Source of the DNA: Lishizhenia sp.
Lineage (GTDB): Bacteria > Bacteroidota > Bacteroidia > Flavobacteriales_D > Crocinitomicaceae
DNA length: 64,000 nucleotides
Direction: 5' to 3'
Assembly: GCA_007117355.1 (NCBI GenBank)
Contig: SKGS01000031.1
Coordinates: 24,542 to 88,541, forward strand
Notes under the pieces: generated by a model
Database searches by the model: none
What the model saw: only the letters and a program-made list of their open reading frames with translations
What the model was told of the DNA's origin: nothing
Shown: piece by piece, positions 37,254 to 47,333 of the stretch
Layout: each line of letters opens with the position of its first letter
Numbering within the stretch: the first letter of the stretch is position 1
Position numbers and translations under genes: made by a program

Positions 37254-39269
37254 ATGACAATTCAAGAAATTCAACAAGATATTATCCAAGGAATACCAAC
37301 GCAATTACCACCCAAAAAAACATACGATACAACTGTTAATCACGCCCCGAAACGAAAACAAATTCTTTCAGACGAAGAAAAGAAGTTGGCGTTAAAAAAT
37401 GCTTTGCGCTATTTTCCGAAGGAGCAACATGCGGAATTGTTACCTGATTTCCATGAAGAACTAGAAACTTATGGACGCATCTACATGTATCGCTACCGTC
37501 CAGATTATAAATTGGTAGCTCGCAACATCGCAGATTATCCTGGGAAATGTGAGCAAGCTAAAGCGATTATGCTAATGATTCACAATAATTTGGATTATGC
37601 TGTTGCTCAACATCCTCACGAGTTAATTACTTATGGCGGAAATGGTGCAGTATTCCAGAATTGGGTTCAATATCGCTTAACCATGAAGTACTTAGCAGAA
37701 ATGACCGATGAGCAAACATTGGTTATGTATTCGGGTCACCCGATGGGACTATTCCCTTCTCACAAGGATGCACCAAGAGTGGTAGTTACGAATGGAATGA
37801 TGATTCCAAATTATTCTAAACCAGACGATTGGGAGCGATTTAATGCTCTTGGTGTGACACAATATGGACAAATGACCGCAGGTTCGTACATGTATATTGG
37901 TCCGCAAGGAATAGTGCATGGAACAACAATCACTATTCTCAATGCAGGCAGAATGATAGCCGAAGACGGAGAAGGTCTTGCAGGAAAAATATTTGTAACA
38001 GCTGGTTTAGGAGGTATGTCTGGAGCTCAACCGAAAGCGGCTTCAATTGCAGGTTGTATTTCCATTACAGCTGAAACCAATCCTAAAGCTACACATACAA
38101 GACACTCACAAGGTTGGGTGGATGAGGTGATTAGCGATTTAGATGAACTTTGTGCTCGTGTTCGTGAAGCAAAGGCTAAAAAAGTAGTTGTTTCTATTGC
38201 TTATCAAGGTAATGTTGTAGATGTTTGGGAAAAGTTTGATGAAGAAGGCATCTATGTGGACCTTGGTTCAGACCAAACATCTTTGCACAATCCTTGGGCA
38301 GGTGGTTATTATCCTGTTGGACTTTCGTTTGAAGAAGCGAATGATATGATGGCAAATCACCCGGATGAATTTAAAAAATACGTTCAAGAAAGCCTTATTC
38401 GTCATGCCAATGCTGTAAATAAGCACACCTCAAAGGGAACCTATTTCTTTGATTATGGCAATGCCTTTTTGTTAGAAGCTTCTCGTGCAGGTGCTGATAT
38501 TATGGCTGAAAATCGAATTGATTTCAAATATCCATCTTACGTTCAGGACATCATGGGACCAATGTGTTTCGATTACGGTTTTGGACCGTTTCGTTGGGTT
38601 TGTGCATCGAATGATCCTGAAGATTTAGCGAAAACAGATGAAATTGCTTGCCAAGTTTTGGAAGAACTGATGAAAGAAAGTCCGGCGGAGATTAAGCAGC
38701 AAATGGCAGATAATATTCAATGGATTAAAGGTGCACAAGAAAACAAATTAGTTGTTGGGTCACAAGCTAGAATTTTATATGCCGATGCACTAGGTAGAAT
38801 GAAAATCGCAGAAGCGTTTAACAAAGCCATAGCAGAAGGTAAAATTGGACCAGTAATCTTGGGTCGTGACCATCATGATGTTTCAGGTACGGATTCACCA
38901 TTCAGGGAAACATCGAATATTTACGACGGTTCAAGATTTACAGCTGATATGGCAATTCACAATGTTATTGGTGATAGTTTCCGAGGAGCAACTTGGGTTT
39001 CTATTCACAATGGTGGTGGAGTAGGATGGGGAGAAGTAATGAATGGAGGCTTCGGAATGTTGTTAGATGGAACAAATGACGCTGACCGCAGACTTAAAAT
39101 GATGCTTCATTGGGATGTTAACAATGGTATCGCAAGAAGAAGCTGGGCTAGAAATGAAGGAGCAATTTTCGCCATCAAACGTGCCATGGAAATGGAACCC
39201 AAATTAAAAGTAACAGTTCCAGAAATTGTTGATGAAGCAATTTTTGAACAGTTGAAGGCTAGAGGGTAG
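37254..39269 (+). CDS. hutU: urocanate hydratase
   Basis: Long-form urocanase with the segments YGGNGAVFQNW, GLGGMSGAQP and GSDQTSLHNP, which are typical of the family's NAD-binding core. I moved the start to the ATG at 37254 (MTIQEIQQ). Confidence 0.92.
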   Translation: MTIQEIQQDIIQGIPTQLPPKKTYDTTVNHAPKRKQILSDEEKKLALKNALRYFPKEQHAELLPDFHEELETYGRIYMYRYRPDYKLVARNIADYPGKCEQAKAIMLMIHNNLDYAVAQHPHELITYGGNGAVFQNWVQYRLTMKYLAEMTDEQTLVMYSGHPMGLFPSHKDAPRVVVTNGMMIPNYSKPDDWERFNALGVTQYGQMTAGSYMYIGPQGIVHGTTITILNAGRMIAEDGEGLAGKIFVTAGLGGMSGAQPKAASIAGCISITAETNPKATHTRHSQGWVDEVISDLDELCARVREAKAKKVVVSIAYQGNVVDVWEKFDEEGIYVDLGSDQTSLHNPWAGGYYPVGLSFEEANDMMANHPDEFKKYVQESLIRHANAVNKHTSKGTYFFDYGNAFLLEASRAGADIMAENRIDFKYPSYVQDIMGPMCFDYGFGPFRWVCASNDPEDLAKTDEIACQVLEELMKESPAEIKQQMADNIQWIKGAQENKLVVGSQARILYADALGRMKIAEAFNKAIAEGKIGPVILGRDHHDVSGTDSPFRETSNIYDGSRFTADMAIHNVIGDSFRGATWVSIHNGGGVGWGEVMNGGFGMLLDGTNDADRRLKMMLHWDVNNGIARRSWARNEGAIFAIKRAMEMEPKLKVTVPEIVDEAIFEQLKARG

Positions 39270-39387
39270 CATAATTTTAGTTATATTTTGAAAATACTAT
39301 AAGCTTGCGGATATTCTAACTTAGAAATAAGAATTATTGAATATACAAGAATGAGAATTTGGATAACTATCTAAAAAAAAATCAAAA

Positions 39388-40539
39388 CTAAAATTTATGA
39401 TTTAAGTTTTCGAAGTTGTTCTTGGAAGAGTCTTCAACTTCTTGAACTATTGTTTCAATTACATGTTTTCTATACTTGTTATTTATAACTTGAAATGTTT
39501 CATTTAATGAAAAGTCGAAAAATTTAATTTTATTTATTTCATCACTTTTAAAATACCCCCATCTTTCTTCCCCTAGTGTTACATTTCCTATTGTAAACCC
39601 TTTTATGTCATTAACTATTTGCAGCGTTTTACCATTATAGTCAAAAGTAATCTTTAATTCCGTTTTTTTATTACTGTGTGCTACCTCGGTTATTTGTTTT
39701 TCATCAGGAGGTGATGTATGGAATTTTTCTGATAATTCATTAAAAAATCTATGTATTGTGTGCCATTTAATATCTTTAAAATGTTTAAATAATTCAAATG
39801 CACTTTCATTGAAGGTGTGGTTCTCGGCCATTAAATCTGTTATCAATAAAGCTTTTTTATTGTCAGTAGTCATTTTTTTAACAATGTTTAAATATTGATT
39901 TATAATAGTTTTCAAGAATGATTCATGTAATTCACTTAAACATAATTGTAACCATTCTTGAATATGATAGTAGTTGATAATATTGTTATTTGGGTCAAAA
40001 ATCTTATTTTTGATTAAATCCCCAATAATTTCTGCTGTAAGAGGTTTATAAAGCGTTAAGTAATACACAAAAGTATTCTCAGGCTTTGAATTAATAGGAT
40101 TAATTATCGGGATATTAAACTTATCTTTACCCTTGGTTACTGTATTAAAATACCTTTCTAATTGAGCTTGATAACCTGATTGTGCTTTATTATGAAAACT
40201 TGCATTTGCGTTTATTTTATTTTCTATAATAATTGCTTGCTTTTTGTTTTCATTAAATATAAGTATATCAATTTCTTCATACTCAGTTTTATTATTGAGA
40301 TTTGGAATTACTTCTGAACCATCAATACTAAAATCAGAATCATGCAATTTTAAAACATGTTCTAAGAAAAGATTGAGAAAGTTGTGCTCTTTTAATGAAA
40401 GCAAATAAGAGATAAAGCGAGAATGTAAATTTACTTCTTCGTGACCTTGAAATAAAATATTAAAGATATTAATATCGTCGATATCTTCACTTTTATCTGT
40501 CTTTATTAATTTGAAAACGTTTTCTAAAAAAAGTTCCAT
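39388..40539 (-). CDS. PD-(D/E)XK nuclease-superfamily protein (uncharacterised family)
   Basis: Motif string E..LHSRFISYLL ... EIDILIF (D91) ... AIIIENKINA (E106, K108) ... QLERY fits a PD-(D/E)XK core. Individual 60-nt lines in this gene count about 20% G+C by hand, against about 42% for a line in hutU. Confidence 0.6.
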   Translation of the reverse strand: MELFLENVFKLIKTDKSEDIDDINIFNILFQGHEEVNLHSRFISYLLSLKEHNFLNLFLEHVLKLHDSDFSIDGSEVIPNLNNKTEYEEIDILIFNENKKQAIIIENKINANASFHNKAQSGYQAQLERYFNTVTKGKDKFNIPIINPINSKPENTFVYYLTLYKPLTAEIIGDLIKNKIFDPNNNIINYYHIQEWLQLCLSELHESFLKTIINQYLNIVKKMTTDNKKALLITDLMAENHTFNESAFELFKHFKDIKWHTIHRFFNELSEKFHTSPPDEKQITEVAHSNKKTELKITFDYNGKTLQIVNDIKGFTIGNVTLGEERWGYFKSDEINKIKFFDFSLNETFQVINNKYRKHVIETIVQEVEDSSKNNFENLNHKF

Positions 40540-40584
40540 ACTATTAGCAATGATATGACGAATTCATTCAATCAATATTAAATT

Positions 40585-43257
40585 CTACCTAATCACAACT
40601 TTCATCGTTTCAGAGATAAGTTCTATTTGTCCTTCAATCACAACGAAATAAACGCCTGAACTGAATTCCTTAAAATCCAAATGATGTGTACCTTCTTGAT
40701 AATCACGTTCAAATACTTTTACTCCCATAGGGTTGTACAAACTAAATTTGACTGACTTATCTGTTTCGAAGTTAAACTCACCATCGTTTGGATTAGGATA
40801 AATCAAGGTATTTAATTGATATACGTTTTGCGTTTGAAGTGAGTTGATAACGAAACATTCAGAAGTTTCGGTACATCCGTTTTGTGTTACTATAACCGCA
40901 TAAGTCCCATTTGATTGAGGCTCAAAAACATCATTAACAGCACCAGTTATTGGTTCAAAATTGTTTTCACAATCCACCCATTCAAATGTGGCGTCTTCGG
41001 CAATAACAGATAAAACAATATCATCCTGAACTGCTTCAAAAACAGGGCCTACAGATATTGATGCCGTGTAGTCGCTTAAAATAGCAAAACAACCATCTTC
41101 ATCTTGAATTGAAGTGACTACTAAATCATATTGTCCCGATTCAAAAACCTGATTGAGCAATTCTTGACCTTCGTTTGTTACAACTATACCATTTCCGGAA
41201 GATGGGTGTGTCGGGTTGTCATTAACTGTCCATGAAATAGTATAAGGATATGAACCAGATGATGCACTTTCAAATGAAAATACAAGTGATTCATCTGTGC
41301 ACAAGTGTAAATCTGTTACAGGGAAATTTAAATCTGAGTTAATCGCTAATTCTACCTCAAGAGCACTAAACGATGATTCGTAAGCTCCCATATCAATTCC
41401 GCAACCTATAATTCGCTGGTTATTCTCAATATCACTAACAGTGTTTTCAGGAATTAAGGAGTCATCACCACTGTCAATACATGGAGATGACTCTTGAAGT
41501 TTCCATGATGCTAATTGCCAATCTCCTACATTAACTCCATGGGCGGAAGTAGGGTTTTCAAATTTTGGACCTAACTCATTGTCAGAATCTAACTCAATGT
41601 TTCCAGTTCCCGAAGGTGGTGTAAACGAAAATGCTGAATGTCGAACTGTGGCATTTGTGTTAATGGTTGGCGAATTGGAATTATTTCCCCAAACGATACA
41701 GTTGCTTACCACATGGTCGTTTGAATTTCCTAGAACTAATCCATTTCCGTTGTTTACAATGGTCGAGTTGATGATTGAATTCATTTGATTGTTTGCATTA
41801 TCTGAATGCACCCAACCATTACTTTGATTATTGTAAATAACACAATTTATAGTTCTGGAGCGTTTACAGTTACCATATCCATATATTCCTGCACCTTGGT
41901 TATTCGCAACAATTGAGTTTTCGATGGTAGAATATTGAGCATCAACAGCAATTGCGCCTCCTGCACGGTTGCTATGAATATAACTTTTTCGGATAACTAA
42001 TTCGTTATAGTCGGTAGCATTTTCCACATAATCAGCTATGTAAACACCTGCTGCATTTTGAGCGGTAGTTAAAAATCCATTGTCAGTAATTTCGCAGTCT
42101 TCAACTAAAGCGTTTCTAAACATGTAAACACCACCTCCGCAAGAAGCCGCAGCATTTCCATCATAAGGATGAGGGTTATTTACAACGTTATTCGATGATA
42201 CTTTTGTGTTTGTCATTTTTGAGTACACAAGATAAATACCTCCTCCATTGTTGAACTTATTACTTGATGATGATGGCTCATTGGGATAGTTATCATTGGC
42301 TCTTCCAAGATTATCGTGAATAGTAGTGTTTTCAATTACACAATTATTATCTTCCGTACCAAGTGCAACTACACCAGCTCCATCTGTTCTCCAGTAATTA
42401 AAGGTTGTAAAAAGCGGTGGATCAAGCAAAGCATTAAAGAAATTCACTCCAATAGCCTCATTTTCTTGAATAAGACAATTATTGATTTTTGCTCCATCAA
42501 ACATAGCAATACCAGCCCCTCCATATTTTGCTTTGTTATTTTCAACAATACAATTGTACAGTTCACCATTACCAAAAACAGCTACTCCGCCGCCTGCACA
42601 GTGAACAAAATTCTTCTTTGAATCATCAGTGTTTTCAAACAAAATATTCATATTGGCGAAACCACCTGTAATCGTAAATCCATCAAGTATTGTTAAATTA
42701 TCCAATGGATGTGGCACTCGAACTTCTAAACCTTGGTAATCCATTGTTCCAAATCCATTCGAACCAAACCAAACGACATGATAGCTTGATGTTGGCTCAC
42801 CATCCAGAATAGTAGGGTTTGCGAAATCCCAATTATCTCCTTCACTTGTGAGTTGTCTTCCGCCTTGTACGCCAATTTCTTTTGTGGTTTCAGTACCTTC
42901 AAATCCGCCATAGACGTTTACTCCGTCATACATTATGATAGATTTGTAAACATCACCTTCTTGTTGACCATCAGCGTTACTTAACGCCTCCGTTGGATAA
43001 TAGGTTCCAGATGAAACCCAAACTTCTGCTTTTCCGTTATGAGCGAAAGCTTCATTAATTCCGTGTTGAACAGTAGCAAAGGCGTTTTCCCAAGAGAAAC
43101 CATCGTTGGCATCACTACCATCAGTTTTAACATAAAAAACAGTTGCAGGGTCGCCCTCTTGAGCTTTAACTTGGAAAATACTTAGAAAAGCCGATAAAAC
43201 GAAAATTTTCACAAAAAACATTGTGATGTTCGTGTTTTTAAATAGTTGATTATTCAT
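40585..43257 (-). CDS. secreted right-handed parallel beta-helix repeat protein, T9SS type A cargo
   Basis: Signal peptide. Many PbH1-like repeats (NNKAKYGGAGIAM, NNGGGIYLV, SCGGGVYMF, NRAGGAIAV, NNQGAGIYGY). C-terminal LIYPNPNDGEFNF...GVYFVVI sorting domain. Confidence 0.75.
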   Translation of the reverse strand: MNNQLFKNTNITMFFVKIFVLSAFLSIFQVKAQEGDPATVFYVKTDGSDANDGFSWENAFATVQHGINEAFAHNGKAEVWVSSGTYYPTEALSNADGQQEGDVYKSIIMYDGVNVYGGFEGTETTKEIGVQGGRQLTSEGDNWDFANPTILDGEPTSSYHVVWFGSNGFGTMDYQGLEVRVPHPLDNLTILDGFTITGGFANMNILFENTDDSKKNFVHCAGGGVAVFGNGELYNCIVENNKAKYGGAGIAMFDGAKINNCLIQENEAIGVNFFNALLDPPLFTTFNYWRTDGAGVVALGTEDNNCVIENTTIHDNLGRANDNYPNEPSSSSNKFNNGGGIYLVYSKMTNTKVSSNNVVNNPHPYDGNAAASCGGGVYMFRNALVEDCEITDNGFLTTAQNAAGVYIADYVENATDYNELVIRKSYIHSNRAGGAIAVDAQYSTIENSIVANNQGAGIYGYGNCKRSRTINCVIYNNQSNGWVHSDNANNQMNSIINSTIVNNGNGLVLGNSNDHVVSNCIVWGNNSNSPTINTNATVRHSAFSFTPPSGTGNIELDSDNELGPKFENPTSAHGVNVGDWQLASWKLQESSPCIDSGDDSLIPENTVSDIENNQRIIGCGIDMGAYESSFSALEVELAINSDLNFPVTDLHLCTDESLVFSFESASSGSYPYTISWTVNDNPTHPSSGNGIVVTNEGQELLNQVFESGQYDLVVTSIQDEDGCFAILSDYTASISVGPVFEAVQDDIVLSVIAEDATFEWVDCENNFEPITGAVNDVFEPQSNGTYAVIVTQNGCTETSECFVINSLQTQNVYQLNTLIYPNPNDGEFNFETDKSVKFSLYNPMGVKVFERDYQEGTHHLDFKEFSSGVYFVVIEGQIELISETMKVVIR

Positions 43258-43570
43258 GTGTTATATTTTTGTTTTTACCAAAATATTGTAGAAAATATTT
43301 CATTGATGTTCGATAAAGATGGTTTTGTAACGAAGGTAATGCAAAAGTTTAAATTAACAAAAAAAAGTTTTTGGTTCTACCATGAGTTTAATGGAAAAAG
43401 CATTTTAAAGATATTCCTTTCTTAACCGCCATGATTCTGTGATGAAATACAAATCTTTTACCATTTTTTTATCTTTTACCAATTGATTTTGAACCATTAA
43501 GAAAGAAGGAAATTAAAAATCCTTCCCTTAATGATCAATTAATGGTTTTATTTTTTTTGAACCTGTAGCA

Positions 43571-44542
43571 TTAATCCTCCAGTGTTTCAAAAAAAGCTTT
43601 TAGTTTTTGAAGTTTTTCTAATTGAATGTTTATTTCTTTGATATTGTAAAAATCAAGATATCGGATTAAAAGACTGTCTAAGTTTTCGATTTGTCCAGCG
43701 TGAAAATATGGTGCTGTAAGCGTAATATTTCGTAGAGTAGGTACTTTAAATTTATGTAAATCATTGCTGTCTCTTGATATACGAAACCTACCGGGGTCAT
43801 TTGTTGGAACTGCAATAGGAGAACGTTGGAAAGAATAATCTGTAAAAGCGGGTAATTGGTGGCAAGAAGTACAATTTAATAGTTCATCAAATATTTTCCA
43901 TCCTTTAATGGCTTCGTTGGTGATTGCATCCGTTTCATTATCGAAGTACCAATTGTCAAATTTACTATTCTGACTAAGTAAAGTTCGCTGAAAATGTGCT
44001 AAAGAACGTGTTAGCGCAAATACATCAAAAGGTCGGTCGAAAGCAACTCTTGCTAAACTATCATAGGTCTTATTGGATGCCAATGCAGGAATAAGCAGCT
44101 TTAAATTGTTATCCATTTCATTAGAATCTAATAAAGGAACAAGCAACTGCATCTCAAGAGTTTTTACTCCTCCATCTAACATAAAGTAAGGGTGAAAACC
44201 AATATTTAATAGCGTAGGGGAGTTTCGCATGGTTTGATTTCCATGCGCACCAATTGAAAATTTTCTTCCATCGGTAAATGCTTTTTCTGGGTGATGACAA
44301 GAAGCGCAAGAAACTTGTTTGTTGGAAGAAAGATTCTTATCAAAAAATAATTTTTCTCCGAGTAAAACACTCGCTTCAGTCATTGGAATAGTGTCTGTAA
44401 AAACTTCTCCCCAACGATTATTTAAAGTTACGACTTTATTGGTGGTTTTTGTTGAACAAGAGAAAATAACTAAAGACCATATTGCTAAAGTGCTAATGAA
44501 GTAAATAGAATTAAAGTGTTTTATGAATAAGTTAAGATTCAT
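43571..44542 (-). CDS. di-haem cytochrome c peroxidase (CCP/MauG family) lipoprotein
   Basis: Two CxxCH haem motifs (CASCHH, CTSCHQ) at the expected spacing. The likely start is MNLNLF... at 44542, with a lipoprotein Cys (VIFSC). Confidence 0.85.
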   Translation of the reverse strand: MNLNLFIKHFNSIYFISTLAIWSLVIFSCSTKTTNKVVTLNNRWGEVFTDTIPMTEASVLLGEKLFFDKNLSSNKQVSCASCHHPEKAFTDGRKFSIGAHGNQTMRNSPTLLNIGFHPYFMLDGGVKTLEMQLLVPLLDSNEMDNNLKLLIPALASNKTYDSLARVAFDRPFDVFALTRSLAHFQRTLLSQNSKFDNWYFDNETDAITNEAIKGWKIFDELLNCTSCHQLPAFTDYSFQRSPIAVPTNDPGRFRISRDSNDLHKFKVPTLRNITLTAPYFHAGQIENLDSLLIRYLDFYNIKEINIQLEKLQKLKAFFETLED

Positions 44543-44612
44543 TTTATCTTTGATTATTATCACCTCAAATTTAGTTTTTTCGAGCAATTTTTAGTTTTCT
44601 TGAAAAAGATTC

Positions 44613-45722
44613 TCATTTTTTTAATACCTCCGAAAATTTAATAGCGATTGATGTTGCTAGGATAAAATTATTATCTGTCAAAGCATTGTTTGTTTCAAAA
44701 ATTTGATCTCTGCTGTTTAACCAACGTCCCTCTAGTCTCCAACTAATATTTTCTGTTGGTGAATAATCAATATTTAATGAAAGCCCTGTTGTATTGAATC
44801 CGTTTAAGTTGTCAGTTGGTATGATAATACTTGTTTCATCTTGATAATATTCTGCCCTAACTGCTGTTTTCCAAACTTTATTTATGCTGTATTGTGCGAT
44901 AATAACCGGACTTAACCAAAGGTCGAAAGTGGGATTGTTTTTTATACGTTGCTGAATACCAATATCAAAACCTGTGATTAGTCCAATTTTTTCAGTGAAT
45001 TGAAACTGTCCATAAAAATTATTAAAAAAACGCATTCTTCGAGTTGTATCTGGATCATCTGTACCATTGAATGTACTCCAATTTAGCGAAATTTTTTCTG
45101 TTGGACTGTAGTTAATTTGTGTACCAAAAGAGGGCAATGAATTTCCTTCAAGTCGCTGGATACGTTGCCAGCCGTTAATAATTAATCCCGCTATTTCCCA
45201 TTTTTCGTTTGGGTTGTACGTTAATTTTGCCCCGGATAAGAAATAAGGAGAATTTTCAGCCAACAATGAACGAGTCAAGGTCCAATTATCAATAGAAATT
45301 GCACTTTCAAAACCAATGTGAGAGGCAAAAACACCTGCGTTTATCCAAAGATTATTTTTCTTGTTGAGTGACAAGCCAACATTTGCCTCAAAAATATTTT
45401 TTAAAACGCCTGGTTCTTCGGAGTAATTGTCGTTGGCATAAGTTCCAGTTTGCAAAGTAAGATTCGCTCTGTATTTTTCATGTTCTAATCCTAATTTTAC
45501 GAGTCCTAAATTCAAATTGAATTCGTTGTGACGATTGTGGTTGAAAAGAAAAGTTTGTCTTTCCGTTCCTTGTGGTTGATTAAAGTCGTAAACATAAAAT
45601 ACATCTGCAAATCCAGAAAGTGTTATTGTTGGTTTTTGTTGCCAAATGCTATCATTTTGAGCAAAAAGATTCAGATTCATCAAAAGTGCTAAAATATATA
45701 TTTCAAAAGCTTTGATATTCAT
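44613..45722 (-). CDS. outer-membrane beta-barrel porin (bbp2-like)
   Basis: Signal peptide, alternating amphipathic strands rich in Y, G and N, and an N-terminal segment TLSGFADVFYVYDF resembling the putative porin-2 family. Confidence 0.55.
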   Translation of the reverse strand: MNIKAFEIYILALLMNLNLFAQNDSIWQQKPTITLSGFADVFYVYDFNQPQGTERQTFLFNHNRHNEFNLNLGLVKLGLEHEKYRANLTLQTGTYANDNYSEEPGVLKNIFEANVGLSLNKKNNLWINAGVFASHIGFESAISIDNWTLTRSLLAENSPYFLSGAKLTYNPNEKWEIAGLIINGWQRIQRLEGNSLPSFGTQINYSPTEKISLNWSTFNGTDDPDTTRRMRFFNNFYGQFQFTEKIGLITGFDIGIQQRIKNNPTFDLWLSPVIIAQYSINKVWKTAVRAEYYQDETSIIIPTDNLNGFNTTGLSLNIDYSPTENISWRLEGRWLNSRDQIFETNNALTDNNFILATSIAIKFSEVLKK

Positions 45723-45764
45723 ATTTCGATATGATTTTTACTATTTGTCGATACAATTCCTGCT

Positions 45765-45836
45765 AAATATACTTATTTTCTCGAGGGGAATGTACTAAGA
45801 TAGCTTCAAAACTGAGCACATATCAATTTCAAGTTA
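45765..45836 (+). repeat. dispersed intergenic module, copy B
   Basis: It carries the same 12-mers aaatatacttat (45765-45776) and atagcttcaaaa (45800-45811) as copy A at 26559-26640, followed by gagcac and tcaa..caagtt. Confidence 0.6.
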
Positions 45837-45921
45837 ATACAGGTTGGATCTGAATTCATTTCATATAATGCTGTCGTTGCTTGTTAACAATTAAATTTAA
45901 GTTTAATAAATAAGCTAAATT

Positions 45922-47325
45922 TTAATACAAGTCGTAAAGAACACCAAGCTGGAAAGAAATGTCTTGAATTGACTTTTGATTTTTAGCAATCATTTGTGCC
46001 AATTCAATTCTACCGCTGATATAGCTCTCTTCACGGGCGTTTACCAAGAAAAGGGAACTTTCACCGACTTCAAATTTCCTTCTTTCCCCCCTTAATAATT
46101 CATCCATTCCGTCAACTGCATCACTGTAAAGACTTACCTGAGTGGTACTTGTTCTCCAAGTGTTTAAAGCGGTATTTACAAGCATCTCAATTTCTGCAAG
46201 GTCATGAGATAAATCTAATTCGGCATCTTGGATTTTTAATTTTGTTAGTTTTAACTCACCTCGACCACGACGCACAAAAATAGGCATATGAAATTGCAGC
46301 CCCCAATTATAGTTGTTGATAGAATAGCCCGTTATGATATTATCTGAAATTGCTTCATTAATGGCATTGTATTTTAAATTGAAGACAGGTTTGAGCTGTT
46401 CTGCTTTTAATCGTCTTTCAATATCTAACTGCTTTAAGAATAATTGATTTTTAGAGATTAACGGATGGCTGGAAATAAGAGAGTCTATTTCCTCTTGTGC
46501 AAATTCATTCATAATAAACTTACGAGTATCTTCTTCTGATTGAGGTCGCACTCCTTCTTCTAGTTCAAGAGGTACAGCGCCATCTCCCCATAAAAAAACC
46601 GAAAGTCGCTCGGATTGATTTTGAAACTGTAATCGAGCTTCTTGTAGTCCTATTCTTCTCTGTTGAACTTGAATAAATGCTTCAACGGTATCAATAATAG
46701 CAACGTCTCCAAGTAAAGCATTTTGTCTAACTCCTTCAAAACGTTCCTCTGCAAGCCTCAAAGCATCATCAAAAACAGAAACAACTTCATAGCTTGTAAA
46801 CCAATCCCAATAAGCATCACCAGCTCTTAACAGTAAGTTGTTTAAATGAATACGTTGTTCCTCTTTGGTAATTGATTCAAAGAGTTGTGCTTGTCTCAAA
46901 TCAGCCCTTCTTTGGTCCATAAACAGTCCTTGTCCAACAGGAAGAGATATTCCGGCGTAAACCAGTCCAGCGTTAGGTGTTTTTCTTTCAGGATTCAAAT
47001 TAACCCCAGTCGTTTGCTCATAGCCAGTATAAAGTTCAACTCCAAACCAAGTTGGAACTTTTAAACCGGCATCCAAAATACTGTAATATTGGTCATTATC
47101 AAAATATTTTTGACCAAGGTCAGTAAAGAGTTGTGGGTCGAAGCCACCACGAGAAGCACGGACAGCAGCTTCACCAACTTCAAGTCGAAGATTAGCTTGT
47201 GCTGCAATAGGGTGATATGTTTTGACCAAATTCATAAAGCGGTCAAAAGATAAAACCGTTTGCGTCCAACTAAATGAAGGGATAACCATTGAAACAAGAA
47301 AAAACAGGAAAACCGCGTACTTCAT
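45922..47325 (-). CDS. TolC-family outer membrane efflux protein
   Basis: Signal peptide and 467 aa with a two-repeat coiled-coil/beta-barrel pattern. It is the last gene of the TetR-ABC-HlyD-TolC operon, with an 8-nt gap to HlyD. Confidence 0.8.
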   Translation of the reverse strand: MKYAVFLFFLVSMVIPSFSWTQTVLSFDRFMNLVKTYHPIAAQANLRLEVGEAAVRASRGGFDPQLFTDLGQKYFDNDQYYSILDAGLKVPTWFGVELYTGYEQTTGVNLNPERKTPNAGLVYAGISLPVGQGLFMDQRRADLRQAQLFESITKEEQRIHLNNLLLRAGDAYWDWFTSYEVVSVFDDALRLAEERFEGVRQNALLGDVAIIDTVEAFIQVQQRRIGLQEARLQFQNQSERLSVFLWGDGAVPLELEEGVRPQSEEDTRKFIMNEFAQEEIDSLISSHPLISKNQLFLKQLDIERRLKAEQLKPVFNLKYNAINEAISDNIITGYSINNYNWGLQFHMPIFVRRGRGELKLTKLKIQDAELDLSHDLAEIEMLVNTALNTWRTSTTQVSLYSDAVDGMDELLRGERRKFEVGESSLFLVNAREESYISGRIELAQMIAKNQKSIQDISFQLGVLYDLY

Positions 47326-47333
47326 TAGACCTT

